The notes: a model not told the origin generated them from the letters alone. Positions 1-10,980 are shown, numbered from the stretch's first letter. The stretch is 64,000 nucleotides of DNA from an uncultured Phycisphaerales bacterium (GCA_963758525.1 CAVWVQ010000003.1:1248001-1312000); one strand, 5' to 3'. A program made the numbers and translations.

Positions 1-1
1 C

Positions 2-1063
2 ATGACCATTAAGACTGGCTTGATGATCGTCTCGTTGCTCCTGAGCATCGCCATTGGCGCAATGCTTGCGCACGGGAATCGGGCGGCGGTGCAAAGCTCC
101 GGCGGCGACGCGCAGCCGGTGATCGGGATGTCGCTGGACACGCTGGCCCAGGCACGCTGGCAGGCTGACAGCGCCGGCTTTAAAAAGCGCGCCGAAGAGC
201 TGGGGGGCAAGGTGCTCATCCAGGCCGCCAACGGCGACGACACGCAGCAGATCAGAGACGTGCAGTCGCTGCTCTCCGATCATCTCGACGTGCTGGTCAT
301 CGTCGCCCACGACGGCGCGGCAATGGCCAAAGGCGTCCGGCTCGCGCATGATGCAGGCGTTCCCGTCATTGCCTACGACCGCATGATCCTCAACTGCGAT
401 CTCGATCTTTACATGAGCTTCGACAACGTGAAGGTCGGGCGGCTGCAGGCACAGTGGGTTCTCGATCATCTTCCCCAGCCGGGCCATGGGAGGATCGTCC
501 GCGTCAGCGGTTCGAAGACGGACAACAACGCATTTCTATTCAAGCAGGGTCAGGACGAGGTGCTCAAACCCTACATCGATCGCGGCGATGTGCAGATTGT
601 CTGGGACGACTGGGCCGACGATTGGAAGCCGGATAACGCGAAGCGCATCACCAATGCCGCCATCACCAAGCTGGGGCGCAACGGTTTCGACGCGGTGCTT
701 GCCGCGGCTGACTGCGTCACGGGGGGCGTGGTGCAGGCGCTCACCGAAGAGGGGATCGCCGGAAAAGTGCTGGTGACCGGACAGGATGCGGATCTGGTGG
801 CGTGCCAGCGAATCGTGTCGGGCGGCACGCAGTCGATGACGATCTACAAGCCGCTGAAGAAGCTGGCGAGCAGCGCGGCGGAGGTCGCCGTCAAGCTCGC
901 GCATCACAAGCCGATCATCGCCACGCAGGCCGTCAATAACGGGCAGATCAACGTGCCCTCGATCCTCGGCGACATCTACGCGATCGACAAGGACAACATG
1001 ATGCAGCTCGTCGTGGGCGATGGTTTTCACACCAAAGAAGAGATCTATGGCGCCGGAAAGTGA
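2..1063 (+). CDS. xylF: D-xylose/monosaccharide ABC transporter substrate-binding protein
   Basis: Signal/TM N-terminus; XylF-type motifs (RW..D, AYDRMI, FDNVKVG, VTGQDAD, QSMTIYKP); first gene of a three-gene operon. Confidence 0.85.
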   Translation: MTIKTGLMIVSLLLSIAIGAMLAHGNRAAVQSSGGDAQPVIGMSLDTLAQARWQADSAGFKKRAEELGGKVLIQAANGDDTQQIRDVQSLLSDHLDVLVIVAHDGAAMAKGVRLAHDAGVPVIAYDRMILNCDLDLYMSFDNVKVGRLQAQWVLDHLPQPGHGRIVRVSGSKTDNNAFLFKQGQDEVLKPYIDRGDVQIVWDDWADDWKPDNAKRITNAAITKLGRNGFDAVLAAADCVTGGVVQALTEEGIAGKVLVTGQDADLVACQRIVSGGTQSMTIYKPLKKLASSAAEVAVKLAHHKPIIATQAVNNGQINVPSILGDIYAIDKDNMMQLVVGDGFHTKEEIYGAGK

Positions 1064-2615
1064 GCCTGTCCGTCCCATCCTGACGGCGGAAAATCTCGTC
1101 AAGCGATTTCCGGGCGTGATCGCGCTCAAGGGCGTCAGCTTCGATTTGCGCCCCGGCGAAATTCACGCGCTGTGCGGCGAGAACGGCGCGGGAAAATCCA
1201 CGCTCATCAAAACGCTCGGCGGAATCCACGCGGCCGGAAGCTACGAGGGAACGATCCGGGTCAACGGAGAGATCGCCTCCTTCACCGGCCCCAAAGACGC
1301 GGAAAAAGCGGGTGTTGCCGTCATCTATCAGGAGCTGGCGCTGGTGCCGGAGATGACGGTCGCGGAAAACGTCTTCCTCGGCTCCGAGCCGCGCCGATTG
1401 GGCGGGCTGGCGATCGACTGGCAAAGCGTCTACCGGGAATCGCGCAAGCTGCTCGACCGCTTCGGCCTTCACATCGACCCGACGGCAAAGGTCGAGACGC
1501 TCGGCGTGGGCCATCGCCAGCTCGTCGAAATCGCCAAGGCACTCTCGAAGGACACGCGCGTTTTGATTCTCGACGAGCCGACCGCCGCGCTGACCGAGCA
1601 GGAAGTCGATGTGCTGCTGGAGATCCTGCGCGACCTGCGCCGGCGGGGAATCGCTCTGATTTACATCAGCCACAAGCTAGACGAAGTATTCGCGATCGCC
1701 GACCGCATCACCGTGCTGCGCGACGGGAGCAGCATCATCACGCTCGGCGCATCGGCCGCGACGAAGCACGACGTCATTCGCCACATGGTCGGCCGTGAAA
1801 TCACGGATTTGTTTCCCCGCCGGGCTTCATCGCCGGGCCCGGTGAAACTGTCGGTGCGCGATCTGTCGGTCGCGCTGCACCGGATGGGCGAAGACATTCT
1901 TTCCGACATCAGCTTCGACGTCCGCGCCGGCGAAGTGCTGGGGATCGGCGGGCTGATGGGAGCCGGGCGCAGCGAATTGCTGATGCACATTTTCGGCGCG
2001 CTGGGCCGCCGCACGCGGGGCGAAGTTCTGCTGGACGGCCAGACGATCGGGCCGGGCAACACGCCCACCGACAGCATCGCCCGCGGGCTGGTGCTTGTCA
2101 GCGAAGACCGCAAGCGCTATGGCCTGGTTTTGGAGCAATCGATCGGATTCAACCTCTCCCTCTCGTCCCTCGATCGCGTCGCCGGCGTGGGATTGATCAA
2201 CAAGACAAGGGAAGGGCAGCGAAACCAGGAACTATTCGACTCGCTCCGCGTGAAAGCGAACTCGCTGGCCACCGTGGTCCGGACTCTGTCCGGCGGAAAC
2301 CAGCAGAAAGTCGTGCTGGGCAAGGCGCTGCTGACGCACCCGCAGGTGGTGTTCCTCGACGAGCCGACGCGCGGAATCGACATCGGGGCAAAGCTCGAGT
2401 TTTACGAATTGATCAATCGGCTGACCGAATCCGGACAGGCGGTTGTGCTCGTCAGCAGCGAGCTTCCGGAACTGATGGGGATGAGCGACCGCATCATCAT
2501 TCTTGCCGAAGGACGCATCGGCGGAACATTCACGCGCGCCGAGGCAACGCAGGAAAAACTTCTGGCCGCCGCGATGAAACGATCTGAATCGTCCCATGAG
2601 AGGGTTCTGGCATGA
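1047..2615 (+). CDS. xylG: Sugar ABC transporter ATP-binding protein (two ABC domains)
   Basis: GENGAGKST, LDEPT twice, LSGGNQQK; ATG at 1047 overlaps xylF end. Confidence 0.88.
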   Translation: MAPESEPVRPILTAENLVKRFPGVIALKGVSFDLRPGEIHALCGENGAGKSTLIKTLGGIHAAGSYEGTIRVNGEIASFTGPKDAEKAGVAVIYQELALVPEMTVAENVFLGSEPRRLGGLAIDWQSVYRESRKLLDRFGLHIDPTAKVETLGVGHRQLVEIAKALSKDTRVLILDEPTAALTEQEVDVLLEILRDLRRRGIALIYISHKLDEVFAIADRITVLRDGSSIITLGASAATKHDVIRHMVGREITDLFPRRASSPGPVKLSVRDLSVALHRMGEDILSDISFDVRAGEVLGIGGLMGAGRSELLMHIFGALGRRTRGEVLLDGQTIGPGNTPTDSIARGLVLVSEDRKRYGLVLEQSIGFNLSLSSLDRVAGVGLINKTREGQRNQELFDSLRVKANSLATVVRTLSGGNQQKVVLGKALLTHPQVVFLDEPTRGIDIGAKLEFYELINRLTESGQAVVLVSSELPELMGMSDRIIILAEGRIGGTFTRAEATQEKLLAAAMKRSESSHERVLA

Positions 2616-3847
2616 CCACCACCGCGCACGATCCGCTTCCTCCGCAGAATCCGCTGGGCGGCGCCGCCCCGCAAACAGTTCAGGGTGAAATCGCATACGC
2701 GCCGCCCGAACTGAGGAAACCGGCGTCAAAGGGAATTGCCATCCGCGACGTGACCATGCCGCTGGCGCTGCTGGTGGTCTTTGGATATTTCGGGGCGATG
2801 TCCCCCACCTTTCTTTCGCCGCGCAATCTTTCGATGCTGGCGACGGAGGTTTCGATTACCGCGGTGCTGGCGCTGGGAATGTTCCTGGTGATCCTCCCGG
2901 GACACATCGATCTCTCGGCCGGCAGCGGCGTGGGACTGATCGGCGGAATCGCCGCGGTCATGATCATTCAGCACGGCTGGCCGGCGCCGCTGGCGCTGCT
3001 GGCGGCTACGCTCGCGGCGCTGATCATCTGGTTTGTCATGGGCTCGATGATCGTCAAGGAACGCGTGCCGGCTTTCATTATCACGCTCAGCGGGCTGCTG
3101 ATCTTCCGCGGACTGCACTGGCTGGTGATTCAGAGCAACACCGTGCAGGTGGTGACCGGCGGCGGCTCCAACATCTTCTCCCTGCTGACCACCTACTACG
3201 TCCCCCCCGCCGCGGGGCTGATCGCCGCGGGCATCATCATCGCCGCGATGGGCGTCGGGGCATGGCGGGGGCATCGCCAGAACGCGGACATCGGCGCCGC
3301 CGGCGACGGGGAGATGACGTTCATGCGCGTCTTCGTCACCGGCCAGTTGCTGCTGCTGTTTGTGCTGGTCTGCAATCAATATCGCGGCGTCCCGTTTCCA
3401 GCGGTCATTCTCGGCGTGACCGCGACGGCGGTCTTCGTGCTCACCCGCCACATGCCGTTCGGTCGCTACCTCTACGCGATCGGCGGCAACGAAGAAGCGG
3501 CGCTGGTCAGCGGCGTGCCAGTCGACCGCGTGACGATCTGCGCGTTTCTGATCATGGGTCTGATCGTGGCGATCACTGGATTTCTGCAGACCGCGTATCA
3601 GGGCTCCACGTCGACAACGGTCGGCACTTTGATGGAGCTGGACGCGGTGGCCGCGTGCGTCATCGGCGGAACGAGCCTCAAGGGCGGCCGCGGAACGGTG
3701 GCGGGCGTGCTGATGGGCGCGCTGATCATGGCCGCGCTGCTCAATGGGATGGCCCTAATGGCGGTGAGGCCGGAGTACAAGTACATCGCCCGCGGCGTTG
3801 TCCTGGGCCTGGCGGTCTGGGCGGACGTGCGGCTGGGAAAGAAATGA
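2612..3847 (+). CDS. xylH: Sugar ABC transporter permease
   Basis: Multi-TM; IDLSAGS, FGRYLYAIGGNEEAA, ELDAVAACVIGGTS motifs. Confidence 0.88.
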   Translation: MTTTAHDPLPPQNPLGGAAPQTVQGEIAYAPPELRKPASKGIAIRDVTMPLALLVVFGYFGAMSPTFLSPRNLSMLATEVSITAVLALGMFLVILPGHIDLSAGSGVGLIGGIAAVMIIQHGWPAPLALLAATLAALIIWFVMGSMIVKERVPAFIITLSGLLIFRGLHWLVIQSNTVQVVTGGGSNIFSLLTTYYVPPAAGLIAAGIIIAAMGVGAWRGHRQNADIGAAGDGEMTFMRVFVTGQLLLLFVLVCNQYRGVPFPAVILGVTATAVFVLTRHMPFGRYLYAIGGNEEAALVSGVPVDRVTICAFLIMGLIVAITGFLQTAYQGSTSTTVGTLMELDAVAACVIGGTSLKGGRGTVAGVLMGALIMAALLNGMALMAVRPEYKYIARGVVLGLAVWADVRLGKK

Positions 3848-3849
3848 CC

Positions 3850-4380
3850 TTACATCTCCTCTAGATGCCTGGCATGCTGGCTGCCGTCGCTGAGCGTCGA
3901 AAAATCCGGCGGCTCGACCGGGTCGGTGAGCAGCGGCCGTTTCAACTCGGCGGTAAGCGCCTTCACACGACCGATCAACCACCACGCGATCATCAACGCG
4001 ACGACCGCAGCGACGGCAAATCCGATCGGTAGCAGATGCCACCCCCAGGCGCGCACGCTCTGCACCGTCATCAAAACGAGCTTCATCGCCCCGACGAGCA
4101 GAACGACTGCCCCGATGACGCAGTGCGACCGCTCTCGATAAGCCCCCCGCCGCAGCGCCGCGATATGGCGGATGCGCAATGCGCTGAGCTCATCGTCCTC
4201 CTCCTCGGCTGGGTTTTCCCCTTCCGCGATCACTTGCGGTTCTGCGTCCGCAGGCGCGAGGAGATCCGCGCCGCAGTGCGGACATTGTGTCTGAGACCCG
4301 CCTGCAGGTTCGATCGTTCCGCCGCACTGCGGGCAAACAATCGGCTCCGAATCGCCGGACTGAAGAGACGGCACCTCCAT
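3850..4380 (-). CDS. Hypothetical membrane protein with N-terminal Zn ribbon
   Basis: CPQC...CPHC followed by two TM helices. Confidence 0.7.
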   Translation of the reverse strand: MEVPSLQSGDSEPIVCPQCGGTIEPAGGSQTQCPHCGADLLAPADAEPQVIAEGENPAEEEDDELSALRIRHIAALRRGAYRERSHCVIGAVVLLVGAMKLVLMTVQSVRAWGWHLLPIGFAVAAVVALMIAWWLIGRVKALTAELKRPLLTDPVEPPDFSTLSDGSQHARHLEEM

Positions 4381-4392
4381 TTTCAGCCTCGC

Positions 4393-5655
4393 TCATTTTT
4401 TTGCGAATGCGCAGACCTTCTCCGAGGTGCGGACGAAGACTTTTCCGTCAGCGACCGCGATCGTCGCCCGGCACGGCGCTCCCCCAAGAGAGGTCTGCGA
4501 CAGGATCTTGAAATGATCGGCGGCGAGGAGCCACACGTCGCCCCGCTCATTCATGCAGAAGATTTTCCCATCAGCGCCGGTGGGCGATGCGCGAAACACG
4601 CTGCCCCCTCCCAGGTCGCCGCTCCATTTTTCCTTGCCGCTGACGGGATCAAGGCAGATCAGGCGTTTGCGATCTCCTTCGAGCACGTACAGATTCCCCT
4701 CAAATGCCAGGGGAACGCAGACGTCGCTGGTGAGGTGGCTGGTGCGCCATGCGACGTTTGTCTCCGTCACGTCTCCCGAGCCGCCGTCCTTGATCGCGGT
4801 GATCGGGCCGCTCTTGGGCGCGCAGGCGATGATGAGCCCGTCGATCGGCACGACCGAAGTGATCGTCCGCCAGTGGTTGATCTTTCGCGGATTGTATCCG
4901 CCGCAGCGCCACAGCTCCTTGCCGGTTGCTGCATCGTGTGCGGTGACGGTATCCCCGCCAACGAGAAGCACCTCGGATTTGTCAGCCGCGGCGAGCGGAA
5001 TCGGCGTCGCGTACGATTCCTTGGATTCCCCAATCGCGTCGTTGGGGCGCGCCTGTTTCCACAATTCCTTGCCGGTCATCGGGTCCAGCGCCAGCAGGTA
5101 GGAATCCTCGCTGCGGTGCAGCACCTGCACGAACAGTCTGCCGTCGAAGAGCAACGGGCTGGATGCATAGAGCCATTGCACGTGAAACTCGCCGTAGTCT
5201 TTCTGAATGTTGCGCGACCAGATCGGCTTGCCGTCGATATCGAAAGCCGCCAGATCCCCGCTCCCGAAGTAGAACCAGACGGTTTTCCCATCCGTGACGG
5301 GCGACGGCGAGGCCAGGTTGTTGCGCTCGTTGGCGTCAAAACCATTTCCGATCTGCTTCTGCCAGAGGATCTTTCCGGAGTTTTCGTCGAGGCAGAGGCC
5401 GATCAACTTGCGGTTGGAGTCGATGGTGCTGACGAAAACCTTCCCCCCCGCCACGACCGGGGACGCCGCCGACGCGCCTGAAACCGGCGTGGACCAGACG
5501 AGCGTCTTCTGCGGATCAAGCGTGTCGGGCAAGCCGGTTTCCGAGGACGAGCCGTTGAGATTCGGCCCCCGCCACTGCGGCCAGTCCGCGGCACGCACGG
5601 AGGCGGAACACAGAATCATCAGCAAAGGCAGCGCCCATGAATATTGGAATCGCAT
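4393..5655 (-). CDS. PQQ-like beta-propeller repeat protein (BamB-like), secreted
   Basis: Signal peptide then ADWPQWRGP; repeated SP..DG/TGKELW units; start trimmed to MRFQYSW. Confidence 0.85.
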   Translation of the reverse strand: MRFQYSWALPLLMILCSASVRAADWPQWRGPNLNGSSSETGLPDTLDPQKTLVWSTPVSGASAASPVVAGGKVFVSTIDSNRKLIGLCLDENSGKILWQKQIGNGFDANERNNLASPSPVTDGKTVWFYFGSGDLAAFDIDGKPIWSRNIQKDYGEFHVQWLYASSPLLFDGRLFVQVLHRSEDSYLLALDPMTGKELWKQARPNDAIGESKESYATPIPLAAADKSEVLLVGGDTVTAHDAATGKELWRCGGYNPRKINHWRTITSVVPIDGLIIACAPKSGPITAIKDGGSGDVTETNVAWRTSHLTSDVCVPLAFEGNLYVLEGDRKRLICLDPVSGKEKWSGDLGGGSVFRASPTGADGKIFCMNERGDVWLLAADHFKILSQTSLGGAPCRATIAVADGKVFVRTSEKVCAFAKK

Positions 5656-5689
5656 ACGCAACCCTCCGCCTGGAAACCCTAATGACTTT

Positions 5690-8600
5690 TCACGACAGCA
5701 ACAACTGCAACTCATCCTTCCCGATCGTCGAGATAATGCTGTTGTCCGCATTGAGAATGGCATCGGCCAGCTCGCGTTTGGTGGCCTGGAGCTGAACGAC
5801 TTTTTCCTCGACCGTGTCCTTTGCAATCAGACGGTAGGCGAAAACCTGGCGCGATTGGCCGATGCGGTGCGCGCGGTCGATGGCCTGCGCCTCCACGGCG
5901 GGATTCCACCAGGGATCGAGCAGGAACACGTATTCCGCGGCCGTCAGGTTCAGGCCCAGGCCGCCGGCCTTGAGGCTGATGAGAAACAATTTGCAATTCT
6001 CGTCGGTCTGGAAACGTTTGACCCGCTCGGCCCGATCGCGGGTTTTGCCGTCGAGATATTCGTAGACGATTTTCTCCTCGTCGAGGCGCTCGCGGACGAT
6101 CGACAGCAGGCTGGTGAACTGCGAGAAGACCAGCGCCTTGTGATTGCCGTCGATCACCTCGGCAAGCTGCGGGAGCAGCGCGTCGAGCTTGGCGCTGCCG
6201 AGGTGGCGATGGCTCTTGTCGATCAGCCCGGGGTGACATGCCGCCTGGCGGAGCCGCAGGAGCGCTTCGAGGATCTGGATCTTGGCCTTGTTGATCCCTT
6301 CCTTCTCAATGCGGTTCATCAGCGACACACGATAGTGATCGCGCAACTCGTCGTAGAGCTTGCGCTGACCGGCGTCCAGCTCGCAGTGAATCGTCTGCTC
6401 GATGCGGGCCGGCAGATCGCGGGCGACCTGCCCCTTGGTGCGCCGCAGGATGAACGGCCGCAGCGCTTTGGCGAGCACCTCGCGCGTTTCCTGCTCGACC
6501 ACGCGCGCACCGGGGCCGGCGGCTTCAAAGGCGCGGGCGCTGCCGAGCATTCCGGGATTGAGAAATTCAAAAAGACTCCACAGCTCGCCCAGATGATTCT
6601 GCACCGGCGTCCCGCTCAGCGCCAGGCGATGATCCCCCTGCAACAGCCGAACGGCCTTGGCCGATCCGCTGGCGGCGTTCTTGATCGCCTGCGCCTCGTC
6701 AAGAATGACGTAGTCGAAGTGGATGTCGCGCATCAGTTCAATGTCGTTCCGCAGCGTGCCATAGGTGGTCAGCACCAGGTCATGCTCGGCAAATGCCTCG
6801 GGGGATTTTCCGCGGAGGGTCCCGGTGTGATCCAGCACCCGCAGCTTTGGCGCAAATCGCAGCGCCTCTTCCATCCAGTTGAAGATGAGCGATCGCGGCG
6901 CGATCACCAGCGAAAGCCCCTTGTTCAACACCGGTTGACCCCCCGCCGCATCCGCGGAGCGCGCGGCCCGGCGCTCTTCGAGCAGGGCCAGAACCTGGAC
7001 GGTCTTTCCCAGCCCCATGTCGTCGGCGAGGCACCCGCCAAAGCGGAAATCGCGGAGGAAGCTCATCCATCCGAGCCCGTCGCGCTGATAGGGGCGAAGG
7101 GTTCCGACAAACCCGGCCGGTGCGTCCATCGGCGCGATGCCGCCGAATTGCAGGAGTTGCTCGCGCGCCTGTTCGAAGAGCTCGTCGCAGCTTGCTTCCG
7201 GCTGCGCCGCCACCAGGGCGTCGAGAAGCCCGATCTGCGTGCGGGCAAACTTGAGATGGTCTCCCTCCTCGACGCCCATGCTCGCCAGCGCGCCGTATTG
7301 CTTGAGCCATTGCTCGGGGAGGACGCCAAGCGATCCATCGCCCAGGAGAATGGTCTTCTCCCCTTTCCGCAGCGCGGCAAGCAGCTCGGGGAGCTTGACG
7401 GTCTGGCCGTCGAAATCCGCTTCGCCGTGCAGTTCAAACCAGTCGATTCCACTGGAGACGTCTATTTTGACTTTGCCCGACTGGCGGTAGAGCTTGCCCT
7501 CGGCTTCCACGTGCCACTTCTGGTCGGTGAGCCGGCGCACGGCGGGCGGAAGGCGCGCGGGCGTCAGAGAAAACTCCTGCCTCTCGTCCAGGGCGCTGTA
7601 TTCGAGCTTAAAGCCCAACGACACGAGAAATGCGACGGCAACGGCCTCGGCGTCGGCATCGCGCAACACCAGCCGCCGTTGCTCGGGGCGATAGACGCCG
7701 GCGCCGGCGTGGCTCATGGGGATGATCGTCCCCTCATAGTCGAAGGAGAGATGACCGACCAGACGCTGCGGGCCGTACACGTCGCGGCGCGGTTGCTCGA
7801 TGCGCAGGCGTGGCTGCGGCTTGGGGGAAACCTGCTCCGGTCGCAGCGATTCGGGCATTTCGAGCGGCGGAAGCTGCGGCAAATCCATCAGCCTTTTGAG
7901 CAGGTCGTCGGCATGGGCCGCCGGAACCGCCAGGGACTTATGGCGTCGCAGGAATTTGATCCACTCGAAGGAATGATGGTCGTCAAAACGGGCGATGTGC
8001 GTGCGCGAGAAGAGAAATCCGCTTTGCGTCAGCAGCAGCGCGTCGTCCAGGCCCATGCGCTGCGCCTCGCGGCGCAACTCGCCGGTGACGATGTAGCGTT
8101 CCGCATCTTGATCGTGCTCGAAGCTCAAGTGGAAGCCCCACGCCGCACCGTCGTCCCATTGCATGGGAAGTTCGGGTTCTTCCGGATCGGTGCGGAGAAA
8201 GCATCTGCCGGTCTGGCAAGCGGTGACCAGCAACGACGCCGCCTGCGCCGGGCGCAGGTAGAAGCGGTGCTCGGACCGGCCCGCGCCGGCGTAGTCGGAA
8301 TAGGCGGTTTTGGCGCCGTGCAATCTGGTGAGAATGTCGCGATCGGCCGGATCGGGCAGCAGATCGACCAGGTTGGCGTCGACATTCCAAGCCCGCTGCG
8401 GCCCCCACGTGCCGTCTTTCTTCAGTTCGCGGCTGGCCAGATCCAGCACGACGCCGTTGCTGCCAAGGGTTTCCCGGGCATCGACGACGTACACGAGCTG
8501 TCGATCCTGCATCGGAAGAGCGACAGACCGCACATTCGATCGCAACATGCTCTCGCGCAGCTCGGCAAGGTGGGACTTCCAGTCGGCCTTGCGCGTGAGC

Positions 8601-9007
8601 GGCTTGGATTGCGTGGCGATACGCCGTTCATTGATCGGGCCGCCCGGCTCGGCTTCGCCGTCGGGGGCTTCCGCTTCGAACGTGGTGTCGTCGGGCATCA
8701 GATGATGGCTGGCGAGTAGCACCCAATCCACCAGCAGCTCGGCGCTGTCCGCCTCCCGGACCACCGCCCAGATATGCCGGCAGATCGCTCCATCGCTTTG
8801 GAAGGTTTCGCAGGTGCATCGGCACGACACGCCACGCCGCACCCGGCGCAGATCCACCCTGTATTCCTCCCCATTTTCAAGAACGCGACCGATAACCTCC
8901 GAGTCCTCCGAGTCCACGGACGTCACGGCGCCCGTTTGAAAGTCCTTTTCGCCATCCAGGAACTCCTGCTTCGCCACGTCCTCTGCAAAATTTCTCGGCA
9001 ACGCCAC
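5690..9007 (-). CDS. SWIM Zn-finger SNF2-family helicase
   Basis: CRCTC..CRH SWIM; LADDMGLGKT, LDEAQ, SGTPVQN, DPWWNPAVEAQAIDRAHRIGQ. Confidence 0.92.
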   Translation of the reverse strand: MALPRNFAEDVAKQEFLDGEKDFQTGAVTSVDSEDSEVIGRVLENGEEYRVDLRRVRRGVSCRCTCETFQSDGAICRHIWAVVREADSAELLVDWVLLASHHLMPDDTTFEAEAPDGEAEPGGPINERRIATQSKPLTRKADWKSHLAELRESMLRSNVRSVALPMQDRQLVYVVDARETLGSNGVVLDLASRELKKDGTWGPQRAWNVDANLVDLLPDPADRDILTRLHGAKTAYSDYAGAGRSEHRFYLRPAQAASLLVTACQTGRCFLRTDPEEPELPMQWDDGAAWGFHLSFEHDQDAERYIVTGELRREAQRMGLDDALLLTQSGFLFSRTHIARFDDHHSFEWIKFLRRHKSLAVPAAHADDLLKRLMDLPQLPPLEMPESLRPEQVSPKPQPRLRIEQPRRDVYGPQRLVGHLSFDYEGTIIPMSHAGAGVYRPEQRRLVLRDADAEAVAVAFLVSLGFKLEYSALDERQEFSLTPARLPPAVRRLTDQKWHVEAEGKLYRQSGKVKIDVSSGIDWFELHGEADFDGQTVKLPELLAALRKGEKTILLGDGSLGVLPEQWLKQYGALASMGVEEGDHLKFARTQIGLLDALVAAQPEASCDELFEQAREQLLQFGGIAPMDAPAGFVGTLRPYQRDGLGWMSFLRDFRFGGCLADDMGLGKTVQVLALLEERRAARSADAAGGQPVLNKGLSLVIAPRSLIFNWMEEALRFAPKLRVLDHTGTLRGKSPEAFAEHDLVLTTYGTLRNDIELMRDIHFDYVILDEAQAIKNAASGSAKAVRLLQGDHRLALSGTPVQNHLGELWSLFEFLNPGMLGSARAFEAAGPGARVVEQETREVLAKALRPFILRRTKGQVARDLPARIEQTIHCELDAGQRKLYDELRDHYRVSLMNRIEKEGINKAKIQILEALLRLRQAACHPGLIDKSHRHLGSAKLDALLPQLAEVIDGNHKALVFSQFTSLLSIVRERLDEEKIVYEYLDGKTRDRAERVKRFQTDENCKLFLISLKAGGLGLNLTAAEYVFLLDPWWNPAVEAQAIDRAHRIGQSRQVFAYRLIAKDTVEEKVVQLQATKRELADAILNADNSIISTIGKDELQLLLS

Positions 9008-9201
9008 GGTCGATTCCTCGCTCTGCTGGGGGCCAAAAAAGTCGAATCGACCATTCTAAGCGACTGGGGCGAAATGCCAAAGGTGACGACAATCGTATCG
9101 ACGCGATTTTTTGTCTTGGCTACCCGAGATCAAGGGGTGTATGATGCCGGTAGCAAAACACGTACCTTGGCGGTCTTTTTTGCCGTAACAGTTGTTCTCT
9201 T

Positions 9202-10716
9202 ATGCAATTAACGCAATCAACCTCGATGCGGATGGATCAGCGGCAACTGCTGACGCCGCGCATGATTCAGAGCATGGAGATTCTTCAGATGCCGCTGATG
9301 GCGCTGGAAGAACGCATCGAGCAGGAGCTGCAAAGCAACCCGGCACTGGAGTTTGCGGAGGGCGAAACCGAAGCCGAGGTGATTCAAGACGCGCCGGACG
9401 CGGCGCAGGAGCGCTCGGAGGGGGAGCAGTCGCTGGTAGTGAAGGAAAATTCGGATCAGGCGGAGGACTTCGAGCGGCTCGCGAAGATCGGCGAATACTT
9501 CGAGAACGAAGAGTTTGCCACCAACGGCGGGAACTTCCGCCAGGCGTCCAGCTACGACGGCGAGCGCGACAAAAAGCTCGACGCCATGAACAACACCGCC
9601 GCCCGAGGGATCACCCTCGTGGATCATCTGCTGGGCCAATGGGCGTTTGTCGAATGCCCTCCCGCCGTGCGCAAAGCCGGCGAAGCGATTATCAATAACA
9701 TTGATCCCGAGGGCTATTTCCGTGCGGATTTTGAGGCGGTCCGAAAAGATTCGAAGGTCCCGCTGGCGCAGGAGGATCTGGAACAGGCCCTCAAGCTCGT
9801 GCAAGGGCTGGAGCCAGCGGGCGTCGGCGCGCGAAATCTGCGGGAATGCCTTCTGCTGCAACTGACCGCAATCGAGCAGGATCAGGACGACGAACGCGCT
9901 CACAAGCACGATTTCGAGCTCGAGCGGTCCCTGATCACCGACCATCTCAAAGATCTGGAGATGAACCGCTATCCGCAGATGAGCCGCAAGCTCGGCCGGA
10001 CCATCGAAGACATCCAGGCGGCGGTGGAGCGGCTGAGCCGCCTGCACCCGTATCCAGGCAAGCAGGTGGGCGGCGACGACGCCCCGCCGATCACGCCTGA
10101 CGCGATTATTTATTACGACGAAGAGACGGATAAGTACGAGATCGAGATGTCCAACGATCCGGCGCCCAACCTCTTCATCAGCGGCCTGTACCGCAAATGG
10201 ATCAAGGACAAATCACAGGATAAGAAAACCCGCGAATTTCTCGCCAACAACGTGCGCAACGCGCGCTGGCTGCTGGAGAGCATTCAGCAGCGCAAGAGCA
10301 CGATCATGCGCGTCATCCGCGCGGTGGTCGATGCGCAGCGGGAGTTCTTCGATAAAGGTCCGGAGTTTCTCCGGCCCCTGCCAATGATCCTGGTCGCCGA
10401 TCAACTCGGCATTCACGTCGCCACCGTCTCCCGCGCCGTCAGCGAAAAATGGATTCAAACCCCCCGTGGCGTCTTTCCGCTGCGCCGCTTCTTCTCCGGC
10501 GGCACGACCAACGCCGAAGGCGAAGACATGAGCTGGGACGCGGTGAAGGAAAAGCTCAAAGTCATCATCGACAACGAAGACCGCTTCAACCCGCTCAACG
10601 ACGACGAGATCGTCGTCAAGCTCAAGGAGCAGGGAATCGATCTCGCACGCCGGACCGTCGCCAAATATCGCAAGATCCTGAACATCGCGACTGCGCGGCA
10701 GCGCAAGCAGTTTTAG
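9202..10716 (+). CDS. rpoN: RNA polymerase sigma-54 factor
   Basis: Region I TPRMIQSMEILQ; HVATVSRA HTH; RpoN box ARRTVAKYR. Confidence 0.96.
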   Translation: MQLTQSTSMRMDQRQLLTPRMIQSMEILQMPLMALEERIEQELQSNPALEFAEGETEAEVIQDAPDAAQERSEGEQSLVVKENSDQAEDFERLAKIGEYFENEEFATNGGNFRQASSYDGERDKKLDAMNNTAARGITLVDHLLGQWAFVECPPAVRKAGEAIINNIDPEGYFRADFEAVRKDSKVPLAQEDLEQALKLVQGLEPAGVGARNLRECLLLQLTAIEQDQDDERAHKHDFELERSLITDHLKDLEMNRYPQMSRKLGRTIEDIQAAVERLSRLHPYPGKQVGGDDAPPITPDAIIYYDEETDKYEIEMSNDPAPNLFISGLYRKWIKDKSQDKKTREFLANNVRNARWLLESIQQRKSTIMRVIRAVVDAQREFFDKGPEFLRPLPMILVADQLGIHVATVSRAVSEKWIQTPRGVFPLRRFFSGGTTNAEGEDMSWDAVKEKLKVIIDNEDRFNPLNDDEIVVKLKEQGIDLARRTVAKYRKILNIATARQRKQF

Positions 10717-10738
10717 AACCTTCTGCAGGGTTTAGGAG

Positions 10739-10828
10739 ACCGAGGGTGCAAGCACCGCTCGGCGTTGGGGATGTTTGTCGGGCTCGGTGGTGTTAGATTG
10801 AACGCCGAGCGGTGCTTGCACCCTCGGT
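10739..10828. repeat. Perfect 28-bp inverted repeat (REP-doublet-like) after rpoN
   Basis: ACCGAGGGTGCAAGCACCGCTCGGCGTT (10739-10766) and its exact reverse complement (10801-10828). Confidence 0.9.
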
Positions 10829-10963
10829 TTCCCCGCCCTCCCGATGCTCCAATCACCCAACTTTGCAACTCTCGTCCGGGTCTTCTCCGACTTCCTGACG
10901 CCCGGGCAGCAGCATCTTGACGGTTTCTGCGCACGGTTTCCCAAATATTGCACGCTTTGAACG

Positions 10964-10980
10964 CCGGCTCGGTATTTGCG
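10964..10980 (+). promoter_or_regulatory. Candidate sigma-54 promoter for the lipoprotein pair
   Basis: cGG-CTCGGTATTT-GC: GG-N10-GC spacing with TTGC, about 75 nt before ATG 11054. Confidence 0.4.

Noticed and set aside
5294..8719. Long antisense ORFs (1141 aa here; also 29595-31778, 52571-54205, 4036-5481, 50853-52025)
   Set aside because: Shadow frames of well-supported genes in GC-rich DNA; no recognisable motifs
9167..9184. Possible autoregulatory sigma-54 box before rpoN
   Set aside because: Spacing is GG-N11-GC rather than N10
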